Below, one piece after another: positions 23,101-32,450 of a stretch of DNA of 32,450 nt (position 1 is its first letter; the number at the start of each line of letters is the position of its first letter). The notes under the pieces are model-generated. The model had not been told where the DNA came from and did no database searches. It saw nothing but the letters and a program-made list of their open reading frames with translations. Location of the stretch: positions 62,001 to 94,450 of the forward strand of contig MEDY01000070.1 of the NCBI GenBank assembly GCA_001724265.1, read 5' to 3'. The stretch comes from Rhizaria sp. SCN 62-66 (taxonomy: Eukaryota). The position numbers and the translations under genes are program-made.

Positions 23101-25874
23101 AGCAGCCTCAGCAGCAACAAGGTACGCTCTCGTCGTCTGCGTTTACCTCAGCTCCTTCAGCGTCATCAACATCCGCCCCTGAGACCGTATCATCCTCATC
23201 CGACGCTGATGCTGCTGCTGCTGTTTCTAGCACTGCGACTATAGTTGTTGCTGGCCACGGTGCAGAGGGCCACCGCGCGTGCACCGCCTACCCCGCGGGT
23301 CCGTACTTCTGCCGCGGCACTGCCGTCTCTGCGCTGCCGCTGCCGCAGGATCGCTGCATGCGTCCGCCGCCGCTGCCGCCGCTTGCCGCGCTGGCCGCCG
23401 CGCGCATCGCCTCCTCGGGCTGCACCGCCATCGACCCCCAGCCTTTCCCCGCCACCGCTACCGCCACAGCCACAGCCGGCGGGGCGGCCACGGCCGGTGG
23501 GGCGCCGGGCGCAAGCGCTGCGTCTCCGGCTGCGGCTGCGGGTGGGTTCGACCTGCCGCTCTGTACTGCGTGGCGCCGCCGGCTGTGCATGTGCGCGCGC
23601 TGTCTCCCCGAGCTCACCGCGGCTGGCCTCGCGCCCGCGCTCCGCGAGCCCGAGACGAGCGCGATTGCGGCCAAGCTGCGCGCTGTGGACGAAGTGCTCG
23701 ACAGCGACATCGACTTCAACAACGTTCCCGTCGCCGTCGTCGCGGAGGCTGTCGCGCGCGGGCTGCACAGGATCACCGCCGCGGCCCCCCTCGCAGGACT
23801 TATCCCAGTCTCCGCCACTGCCACAGCTGCCAACGCCTACGCCACAACAGCGGCGGCGGCGGTGGCGACGGCGACGACGACGTCCGCCGCGCGTGGCGCG
23901 ACGAGCACCGCGCACGGCGACGCAGTCAGGGTCGCCGGCACGAGCCCAGGCGACAGCAGCAGCAGCGGCAGCAGCGGCAACGGTGGTGGCGGTGGTGGCG
24001 GTGGCGGCGGTGGCGGCGGTGGCGTGCCGAGCCAAGTCGTCAGCGACGCTGTGCGCACTGCGATGGACCTCATCTCCGCCGCCACGAACGCTGCCGCGTC
24101 GCTCAACGGCACGCCGCCGACGCACCCGTCCGCGGGCACCGCGCTCTTCACGCCAGCGGCAGCCATCGCCACAGCGCCGCCCCAGGTCTCCTCCACGCAC
24201 GCCGGTGTGTCCGCAATGTCCGCGCCCACAGCTGCGACTGGGATCGCGAACGCAGTGTCGGCGAACGCTGTGTCTGCGGTGGCGATCCCGCAGCGTGTCC
24301 CGGCGCCCAGCCCCGCGCCGCCCGTCGTTGCCGCCGCCAGCCTCGGTCTGCGCCCACTGTCTCCGCAAAACTCGGGGTCTAGCTCTAGTTCTAGTTCTGG
24401 CTCTGGATCTGCATCTGGATCTTGCTCTGGTGTCGGCCTCTCGGCGGCACAGGCGCAGTCGATGCTGCAGTCGCAGTCTTTGCCGATGCCGCTGCGTCGC
24501 GTGGGCGTGCTCGCCTCGGCCTCGGCGGCCAACGCGGCGCTCAGCCCCGCGCTCGCGCTCGCGGCGCGCCACCTCTCCCTTGCAGGAACCACCGGTACCA
24601 CGGGTGTCCCGAGTACCGGCGCGGGTCCCTTGGGTACCGGCGCGCTGTTGTCGTCGGTCTCCGCGCTGTCAGCGTTGAATCGCGGCACCACGGTGTCGCT
24701 CGCGCCCGTGGCTGCCGCCGTCGCCGCCGCCGCAGCCACGACGATCCCGCCCTTCAACTCACAGCAGCTGCAGTCTGCGCAGGCCGCACGGTCGGTGGCC
24801 TCGGCCACAACAGCGGCGGCGGCGTCGGCGGCGGCGGCCCGTCAGTCGCGCGCGGCGTGTATCGTACAGACGCGGCCACCACTCAACTTGCTCTGGACGC
24901 CGCAACAGCTGCAGGCCGCGCCCGCGCCCGCGCCGCTGCTCTTTGCGGAGGCCGCGGCGGCGCTGGTGGACCGCTCGAAGCGTGCCGCCGCCGTCGCCGC
25001 CGCGCGCGCCGCCGTCTCGGCCTCCGCGCCCGTGTCGCCCTCCACAGCGGCAGCATCAGCAGCAGCGACGGCGGCGTCAGGTGAAGAGCGTTTTGTCTCG
25101 TACGGCGAGGCTAGCAGCGCGATCGCCGCGGCGTTGCAGCCCCCAGCGCCGCATTCTGTTGCGGCCTCGTCAGTCATATCGCTGCTTAACTCGGCCACAA
25201 GCACCTCGAGCAACACAGTGAGCAGCGCAGCCGCGAACAGCGCTGCGCTGACGTACGCGCCCGGCCGCTCTTCCGAGGCCGCGCAAGCGCGCGCGCAGAA
25301 CCACAAGTGGAAGCGCCACCCTGCCGGCGCCGGCATCGGCGGCGACGGGCTGTCGCGTCTCGGCGACGTGCTTGCACGCCAGTCACGGCACCGCGCCACC
25401 GCCGCGCACGCCGCCGTTGGCGTTCCTCTTGCGCCACACTCGCAGCAACAGCAGCACTATAATCACCACCAGATGGCGCAAGACCAGTCGGAGCAACTGT
25501 CGTCGTCATCGTCGTCGTCGATGTCGAACCTGCACGCGAACAGTGGCGCTGGCGCTGGCTCTGGTGCTGGCTTACCCGCTTCTCTGCTGGGCCTCGCATT
25601 CGCCGGCAGCAACAGCAGCAGCAATAGCGGCAACAGCAGCGGTGGCGGCGGTGTGGAAGCGATGGTCGAGCTCTACTCGCGCGTGTTCACCGCCGTCGTC
25701 GCCGAGGAGCTTTCCCGCGCGAGCGCTGAGCTCGGCCCCGGAGCCGTAATGACGAAGGCCATGATGGAGGCCGTGCTTGCCCGCGCCGGCGAGCGGCTGC
25801 GCGAGCTCAAACGCGCCCACGCGCAGGCGCTGGACGACGCGCAACACGACGTTGAGGACCCTTCATACTAGTAA
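20192..25874 (+). CDS. UBR7: UBR7/Mlo2-like E3 ubiquitin ligase (UBR box + PHD + extra UBR-like box), 2 exons (20192-20266, 20508-25874), about 1813 aa with TAG read as sense
   Basis: Exon 1 MQPAPDPYAGDPDEAITLDTYSQRL. Exon 2 has CTYAQGYITQPVFVCLTC...AKRAK*RAY...FGFCLGCSTNCHLGHDVVELGDRTLFRCDCGNSRC (UBR7-type UBR box), NAYNHNFRGLFCRCRQRY...CIRCQDYFHDDC...FLCAEC (PHD), and WRRRLCMCARC plus a C-terminal helical segment typical of UBR7. Internal TAG at 20649-20651. Ends TAC TAG TAA. Confidence 0.88.
20267..20507 (+). other. Spliceosomal intron (241 nt, GT-AG, phase 0)
   Basis: CTC|GTACGT ... pyrimidine tract ... CACACAG|GCG. Joins the ATG exon in frame to the UBR-box exon. Confidence 0.8.
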
Positions 25875-27353
25875 GAACGCTCAAACTCATATGTAGGCAG
25901 TGCGAATGTGACGGTCATTCGTTGCGTGCTGTCTCATAACATGCAGCTGTTGCGGAGATCGTGTGCACCAGAAAGCAACGCACATTGCCTCCCAACCCAC
26001 TGCAGTGCTTTTGCGGCAGAGAGAATCTCCCATTGCTAAGTTTGGGCTGGCGGCTGCACTGCATCACCATTACTCTTTGCATTGTAAATCTTGTATTTTT
26101 GTGTCATTTCATACTTTAATCACTGCTACTCGTCTATTAACTTTGATTTGGCTATTTGAACCTGTTTATATCATTTTCTTTGTTCTTTGTTCTTGTATTC
26201 TTTTGTAAAGCAACATTCTCGGTGTCAAACCACCACCGTACATTCTTAACATCGAACGCACTTCTCTCTTTTTACCCTGCTCTGCTCCCACATTGGTCCT
26301 ATCGCATTACCATTCCTCTTTTACATGAAACCGTCTAATATTAGTGGTAACATGCGTAGACCCTGGGACAAGCTACGTTTCGTTCGAATCTTACGTAATT
26401 TTGTCTATGTGTACGCAATTTATTTCATTCATCCACTCGATATGTGATGGCTACTTGATTGGAAAGTAACTTCACCTAATGTATTCTTTTACCCCAATGT
26501 TCATGTAACACTCTCTTGTTGAGTTTGTCACCACTATCTCAATTTCTCTTGGGTCCGCTCGCGTTCCCTGACATCATTCTCATTTCAAGAGTTTGTTCTG
26601 CATTTGCTGACGCTCGTCGTGTTCGTTTGTGTGTTAGTTTTTGCGCGAACTGCGCAAATGTGCTGATTTGCAACCGTCGCTGGGATGTCGCTTATATAGC
26701 CCCCTGTCGCTGCTCTCGTGACACTCCACAGCCTGCCACTAACGAACGGCCTCTCTGCGCCTTCGAGCATGAGACAAACAAGCTCGATTCTTTACTTCAC
26801 GCACCAATCACCACCACTGTCACGCTCGCTTCCGCATTGCTGGGTCTAAATCACCAAGCATGCCTGTTTTGTTTATATTCGACAACCCCGTCTATGTTTT
26901 ACCTTAGCTTTGTTTTGATGATAAGTCTTACGAAGTCGAGAAACTGTATTTGTAGTGAGTGGCATGGATGAATGCTCAACTCCAGTCAAACGAAGTCATC
27001 GGCTTCTTCTGTGCTTTCAGTTCCATGTGCATCAGTATGGAGTAACCCATGTGTGACATGACAGAATATATTTTGCTGGTACTGTATTTATGTGCTTTTG
27101 TCTTTGTAACGTTGCCTGTATACACGAATCAAACCAATAAACCCATGTTAATTTTCACTCTCAACAGAAACAAGTCGACGTATCTTGATCGAACCTGAGG
27201 CGAATAACAATAAAGTTTGATAAACCAAACATAAAACATGACAGTTAATTGATAAATATAATGTATTTATTGCACGGATGCGATTGTGAACAACAAACAG
27301 CATTGAGGAGTCGAACATCTTAGGGAACAGTTGTGTGCCAGTTGGGGCTGTCC

Positions 27354-27689
27354 TCACGGTTCCCAGGTGACAACCCAGCTCCAGACGCGATAGGCACCGC
27401 CGATAAGAATCAGGGACACCAGGGCGTCCATACCGGTGTTCTCGGCGCGGCTGCCGAGGCCGCCGGGCCCCACGAGACGCGGCAACAGCGCCGTCGCGCC
27501 GGTGTTGCTGTTCTGGGGCGTGGCAGAGAGCGCCAATATTGAGGGCTGTTGAGGCCCGAGCACTTGCGCTGTGGGGAGATGAGGAAAGTAAGTTGTATGC
27601 GTAGAGCGGGATTCGCTGCGCAGGGGCTGCATAAGGGTGGTGCGGTGCGCCACAACACTCTGCACACCACGGAACAGCAGCCGCAGCAT
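27354..27689 (-). CDS. Small putative mitochondrial single-pass membrane protein, 111 aa
   Basis: GC-rich island matching the ORF limits. Arg/Leu/Ser/Thr-rich, acid-poor N-terminus (MLRLLFRGVQSVVAHRTT) resembles a presequence. Hydrophobic C-terminal segment ALVSLILIGGAYRVWSWVVTW. Ends in TGA. Confidence 0.55.
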   Translation of the reverse strand: MLRLLFRGVQSVVAHRTTLMQPLRSESRSTHTTYFPHLPTAQVLGPQQPSILALSATPQNSNTGATALLPRLVGPGGLGSRAENTGMDALVSLILIGGAYRVWSWVVTWEP

Positions 27690-28193
27690 GGTCTACGGAA
27701 GGCATAGCGAAACACCGATCCAAGAATAGACAGACCTCATGAGCGACTTTCAGCGTTCATTTTTAAAGGAATATAAGATTAAACAAGTTATAGTCAGAAG
27801 TCTTAAAAACAACTCGAAGAACTAATCGCTTGTGTCAAGGATCAGTAAGATCTCAAAGCTATTTTGTTCGTGGTGAGTTCACATGTTCGGGCTTGTTCCC
27901 ACAACGAGCTTGTGGCGCCAATTTGTTGACCAAATTTCTGACTGTTGCAATCGTCATCTGAAAATGATAGCCAAGCTGTGATAGGATTGTGATGTGAAAC
28001 ATATGAATTTCACTATGAAATATTGAACAGGGGAGGCTGTATATCACCCGTCTTCAATGAACGGGCCGCCTCGCTCACTCTCTCAATTCAAATCTTGCAT
28101 CCTCTTTCCCCGTTTATCCCAGACCCCTTCTAGCACTTTTCCAAGACAAGATCGAAGCAAAGGAGACCACATACATTATTGTTTCTCATAACA

Positions 28194-28832
28194 ATGGCGT
28201 CGCTCCTTACATCAGCGCTGTCATCGCTGTCGGTGTTCACCAACGAGGACCTGCGCGAGCCAGAGCTGCACATCATCGGCGAGATCATTGGCGCGAGCCG
28301 CCTGGACCCTAACGGCCGTCTCGCTGAGAACGCCTTCTGCGCCTGGGAGCTCAAGACGGGCCGCTACTGGCAGTGTGTCGGCGGGCAAGAGTCCGGCCAG
28401 ACCCAGGCTGACTACCCGGCCTCGCTCGATGAAGCCGACGCCGGTGGCGCGCTGACGGTCTGGAACCACCCCATGGACGTGCACTACTTCGCCAAGACCC
28501 TCGAGGGCTGGCCGCGGATTTCCCTCGAGGTCTGGCAGCTCGACTCCTTCGGCGGCAAGCAGATCCTCGGCTACGGTTTCGCGCACGTGCCGTTCGCGCC
28601 CGGCTGCCACGAGCTCGACGTCGCGCTGTGGCGGCCCTGCGGCACGGCACGCGAGGAGATGGCCGAGTTCTTCCTGCAGCAGGCGCCGCAGCTCATCGAT
28701 CGCGCGGTCGTGCACTCCTCCGCCAAGGCCAAGGAGGACCGCCACCGGCTCACCACCAAGGCCGCCGGGACTGTCCACCTCAGGCTCGACATCGTCGCGC
28801 GGAACTTCGCACAGCACGGCGTGCAGGGCTGA
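28194..28832 (+). CDS. B9D2: B9 domain-containing protein 2 (MKS-module ciliary transition zone protein)
   Basis: Motifs ELHIIGEIIGAS, GQTQAD, WNHPMDVHYFAKTLEGWPR, VWQLDSFG, GYGFAHVP..PG.H, WRP.G, RLTTKAAGTVHL and RNFAQHGV match B9D2 along its length. ATG at 28194, TGA stop. Confidence 0.95.
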   Translation: MASLLTSALSSLSVFTNEDLREPELHIIGEIIGASRLDPNGRLAENAFCAWELKTGRYWQCVGGQESGQTQADYPASLDEADAGGALTVWNHPMDVHYFAKTLEGWPRISLEVWQLDSFGGKQILGYGFAHVPFAPGCHELDVALWRPCGTAREEMAEFFLQQAPQLIDRAVVHSSAKAKEDRHRLTTKAAGTVHLRLDIVARNFAQHGVQG

Positions 28833-29424
28833 GCACGGAGGGTGATGTACTGTACGGATGTCGTAAACTGACTTACGAAGTCCGTATCATATGAGCGGTT
28901 CACTCAATCCGGCGAGTGCTCGCGCGACCGAATCAAGTCCGCGTCTCAGTCGTCCTGGAGGTGGGAGTTTAGTCATGTGCGTTGGCCCATGGGCGCGCTG
29001 ATTGCGCAGATGTGTTGCTACTGCGAGGGGAGTGCAACGTATGAATGAAGGCCATGTCAACTACTAGTAGTACTAAAGTACTGTACGTAGTTGGTTCTGA
29101 CTTCTTTTGTTTTGTTTTCTTTTTGAGTCCAGTTGCCTGACTGTGCATGTTATTTAGTTTTGTTTTGATTGCATATGTCTCCGAAAATACATATGTTATT
29201 TGTATCAAAGTATAACTTAGCTTATTATAGCTTGTCTTGGCCTGTCGTGGACGTCACATTCTTTTTTGTAAGCACAACATAACGTGTTATTAATCTTCAC
29301 AAAAAAACGTCTAGCTTCAGTAAGCTTAGACTTGCTTTGATACGGAAAGCAAAATATTCGTGAGCTCACATCACGAAGCAAAAATATAATACCTATTCGG
29401 CCTGTGCCGGAGAAGAAGGAGCAG

Positions 29425-29434
29425 AAAAAAAAAA
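29425..29434 (-). terminator. RNA polymerase III oligo-T terminator (T10)
   Basis: Run of ten T on the minus strand, 2 nt downstream of the tRNA discriminator base. Confidence 0.8.
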
Positions 29435-29436
29435 CA

Positions 29437-29517
29437 TGCGGACGAGGGGGTTCGAACCCCTGCGTCGTGAGACATCGCGGCTTGAATGCGACCTAGTAAC
29501 CACTTTAGTACATCCGC
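29437..29517 (-). tRNA. tRNA-Leu(CAA), 81 nt, intronless, long variable arm, atypical D stem
   Basis: GCGGATG TA CTA AAGTGGTTAC TAG G TCGCA TTCAAGC CGCGA TGTCTCACGACGC AGGGG TTCGAAC CCCCT CGTCCGC A. 7-bp acceptor stem, perfect T arm, CAA anticodon with G37, class II variable hairpin, A73 discriminator. Confidence 0.88.
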
Positions 29518-30350
29518 AGTTTCTCAGCGTAACAAAAGTTCCTGAATCTGCGTCTCAGGGCGAAATTTAAATTATAATTATTTGTATGATATTTTTGGCA
29601 CTTTATGTTTTTCTTTTGATTCTCACCAACTTTGAACAACACAAATTTTTGTCAACCCAATAAGATTCTTGGACGTGTGTTTCTGTACACATAGCAGCAG
29701 AGCAAACTGAACAAGGTGGTAGTTACTAGTGTAAGTCGTAATAGTGGCGGCCTCGAGGGAGGTGAGACTCCGGACTTGCGGAAATGGCAAAGCTTATTGT
29801 GTACTACAGTAGTACGTAACCTTATTTTGTTAAGGTATTTGCAATGACAAGCTACGTGTTAATATGTCGCAGTTTTTAATATGCTATGACTATGTTATCG
29901 GCGACCACGCGCTCGAAGTTGCGAGTCCCTTGAATGGGGACGATGCGCCTCTATGAGCGAACTGACGTGGTTGTTACGCCTCACAATCTACACACAAGCT
30001 TTAAAAAACACTAGCAATGGTGTATTTAAGCTGTATTTCTTTTGTATTTTCTATTACATCTTCATTTTCTCTTTTAAATGTGCCTCTTGGTTGCCAACAG
30101 AAGGCTGCCTTCGCAAGGCATCCCTCTGGGCCTCGTTTTAGCGCAAAGTACAGTATGTACATGTATGAATACCGACTCCCTGCTTATCACCACCCACCTT
30201 TACTTTTCATGATTTAATTTCTCTTCCACTTCTATTTGTTATTTTGAACGCGCCTCTGGGCTGGCACACTGGCTGTATTATTACCCTTCGCGTGTTTCGC
30301 TTCCCCCGTTCTTCATCATAATCCTTCAACAAAGGTTGACACGCGTCGCA

Positions 30351-32450
30351 ATGGCACCCTACCACCGCGACCAGGGTCAATCTCCCCGTCTAGCTTCGCT
30401 ACTGACGGTTATGTTCCTGCTGCTGACACTCATGTGCTGTTTCTGCAGCCTTGTCTCGGCTCTCCCCACCCTGGCGTCACTCAACGTGACAATGGCTAAT
30501 GCGGTCATGCGTGACCTTTATCCGGATTACACTTGGTATAACATCACCTCTCTTCTGCCATATGCAACGAACGGTGTCTTAAGGATGCGCTGTAATAGCG
30601 CGCCAGACGTTCTTCGCTATATGGAGGGCAATTTGCGTTGGTTTCAAACGGCCGCTGCGATGCCAGTCGGAGCAACGGTGTGGGAGGACACCAACACTCC
30701 GGCGGACAAAACCTACATGTCAATTATTTACCGCGCTGCGTCAACGGAGGATGTGCTGTCATGTTCGCTTTATACCCTGGACGGAGCAGTGCAGCTCACC
30801 AGCGAGTCTTTCATCCAGCAAACGCCTCTGCGGCGTGTGGTGCAGGTTGCGGTCACCACGACAGGAACGACACTCACTATTCCGGACGTGGCGGACACGG
30901 AACATGTGTACTCACGCGGAGACAAGTACGAGATTGCGGGCCCTAACTTGCCAACATTTGCGCTTACGACAGCGTCCGCGGCATATTACACCATGACTAA
31001 GACGACGACGCCGACGATTAAATATGTCGTGGCGCCAAAGTCAGACGTTTTCTCATCGACACTCGCGCCGGAGCTGACAAGTTCGTCCGTCATGCTCGGC
31101 GCAAACATCACTGTGACGCTGTACTCGAGTGGCCGCACCATTGTCCTTACGCCCGCGGCGCCGACCTCCGTGTACGTTACCAACACAAACTTGAGCAACT
31201 TCGCGACATCCAAATGGAGTCTCATGCTTCCGCTCACAGCCTCCTCTGACGGGGACATCTCCGTTATCAGCATGGCCAACATCCTCCCGGTTGGCTCAAA
31301 CCTCGCCTTCACGGTTTCGGTTTCAAACCCTGCTGACAACCTTGAGGCGCTCGTCCTCGGCAACGGCGCCGGGCACACGGCCACAATGTCCAAGACGTGC
31401 TCCACCAGCACTCTTTGTCAATTCGCTTGGTCGTCCGTGACCACTGCCAGCACTGGCCAGGTTATGTACCCGCTCAACCGCCAGATTGGGCTTTTGGGCA
31501 GTGTGAGCTTCCCCCACATTCCGGCGCTGTCTGCTGCCAGCGCGACCTTGGTCAACAATGAGTTCCCAGTGACTCTACAGGCGTCCGAGTCTTTCCCTGC
31601 CAAGACGGACACGGGTTTTGCCGTCACCACGGCGCGCACCGCAAGCACGGGGACGCTCACGTTTCGCGTTGCCGCGCGCGGGGCGTACTCGTATCTATCG
31701 CCGAAAGACGTGTTTAAAATCACGGGTACCACGTTCTCTAGCTGTGAATCCCCTGCTTCAGTGTTTGGGTCAACAGTGCAGGTGAGTCCTTCGCAGACGC
31801 TGTTCAAGTACACCTCGACCGCGTCTGAGTTTGTTCACTTTGAGTTTATTTGCACTCTAAACCCGACTGAGCACTTTTACAACGCACAGTTTTTCTCTAC
31901 CATTGGTATTTATGAGCCGAATACTCAAAGTGCTTTTCTCAGCTCCACTGCCGCCGCGACGGGAATCGCTTTCACAACGTTTCCCACGAATGCTGCAACG
32001 CTCGACACCACAGGCTACATGGGCATTTCGCCGGTTCCTGTGTACATGCGTAGCGAAGACTTCACCGGCTCTGCGCTGCGCGTGATGTGCGAGGTGAAGC
32101 CAAGCACGAGCGCGTGGCTACAACTCACCAACAACACCGCGACAGCGGCCGTGGCGGTCGAGCACACTGAGGCGTGGTCAGCGTGCACTGTGCTGGGCGC
32201 TTCACAATTCTGCTCTACCTCGCCCGCTGCGGCAACAGGCCGCGGCAGCATCGCGATGATTTTCCGCTCCTCAGCGTCCAGCGTGACGTGTCGCTTTGCG
32301 GACAAGTTTGGCCTCGCACCGCATGCGCCAGTGACGCTGTCACCAGTGCCTGCGTCGCCATTCGATCTCGTCGTGAAACTATCTGAATCCAATGCGGGCA
32401 GCGTTCAGTTTAGGTTGCAGCCGCCTGCATCGCCATCGGCCACGTACGTG
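30351..32450 (+). CDS. Secreted or cell-surface Thr/Ser-rich protein, N-terminal 700 aa (runs off the window; absent from the ORF track)
   Basis: ATG at 30351 opens an uninterrupted frame to the window end: MAPYHRDQGQSPRLASLLTVMFLLLTLMCCFCSLVSA-LPTLASLNVTM... with a signal-peptide-like hydrophobic segment, N-glycosylation sequons (NVT, NIT, NIT, NLS, NNT) and beta-strand-like alternating pattern. Confidence 0.82.
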   Translation, partial: MAPYHRDQGQSPRLASLLTVMFLLLTLMCCFCSLVSALPTLASLNVTMANAVMRDLYPDYTWYNITSLLPYATNGVLRMRCNSAPDVLRYMEGNLRWFQTAAAMPVGATVWEDTNTPADKTYMSIIYRAASTEDVLSCSLYTLDGAVQLTSESFIQQTPLRRVVQVAVTTTGTTLTIPDVADTEHVYSRGDKYEIAGPNLPTFALTTASAAYYTMTKTTTPTIKYVVAPKSDVFSSTLAPELTSSSVMLGANITVTLYSSGRTIVLTPAAPTSVYVTNTNLSNFATSKWSLMLPLTASSDGDISVISMANILPVGSNLAFTVSVSNPADNLEALVLGNGAGHTATMSKTCSTSTLCQFAWSSVTTASTGQVMYPLNRQIGLLGSVSFPHIPALSAASATLVNNEFPVTLQASESFPAKTDTGFAVTTARTASTGTLTFRVAARGAYSYLSPKDVFKITGTTFSSCESPASVFGSTVQVSPSQTLFKYTSTASEFVHFEFICTLNPTEHFYNAQFFSTIGIYEPNTQSAFLSSTAAATGIAFTTFPTNAATLDTTGYMGISPVPVYMRSEDFTGSALRVMCEVKPSTSAWLQLTNNTATAAVAVEHTEAWSACTVLGASQFCSTSPAAATGRGSIAMIFRSSASSVTCRFADKFGLAPHAPVTLSPVPASPFDLVVKLSESNAGSVQFRLQPPASPSATYV

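Noticed and set aside
197-25847. Numerous long overlapping or antisense ORFs in the track (e.g. 20982-22478, 23245-24678, 16588-17832)
   Set aside because: Expected shadows of very GC-rich, Ala-codon-rich CDSs with few off-frame stops; no motifs recognised.
1514-25874. Interpreting Pol X, BEACH and UBR7 as pseudogenes or split genes
   Set aside because: All lesions are the same codon (TAG), frames stay open for thousands of codons, and catalytic and metal-binding residues are intact.
25963-26971. ORFs 25963-26208, 26156-26338, 26516-26971 and 26585-26770
   Set aside because: AT-rich spacer composition, mostly non-ATG starts, no motifs; reading TAG as sense did not reveal a convincing gene.
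29437-29517. tRNA-Sec or UGA suppressor reading (TTCAA contains TCA)
   Set aside because: The anticodon stem pairs only in the register centring CAA; the 7/5 fold, A73 and G37 fit Leu rather than Sec.

Overview
Compact, intron-poor, GC-rich eukaryotic (flagellated/ciliated protist-like) nuclear DNA with AT-richer intergenic spacers. It holds about 9 protein genes and one tRNA: a partial unknown protein, a BRCT-containing family X DNA polymerase (Pol lambda-like), a 2-exon low-complexity unknown, a RAD23-like protein, a PH-BEACH protein, a UBR7-like E3 ligase, a small putative mitochondrial membrane protein, B9D2, tRNA-Leu(CAA), and a partial secreted/surface protein. Main observation: three separate conserved genes carry in-frame TAG codons (4 internal sites, three of them inside BRCT, BEACH and UBR-box domains) with no frameshifts and no internal TAA/TGA, while every visible gene end is TAA or TGA (one is TAG-TAA). 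This indicates a nuclear genetic code in which UAG alone is a sense codon, most likely Gln, and UAA and UGA remain stops. The standard-code ORF track therefore fragments these genes. All family assignments come from motif recognition by eye, not database searches.
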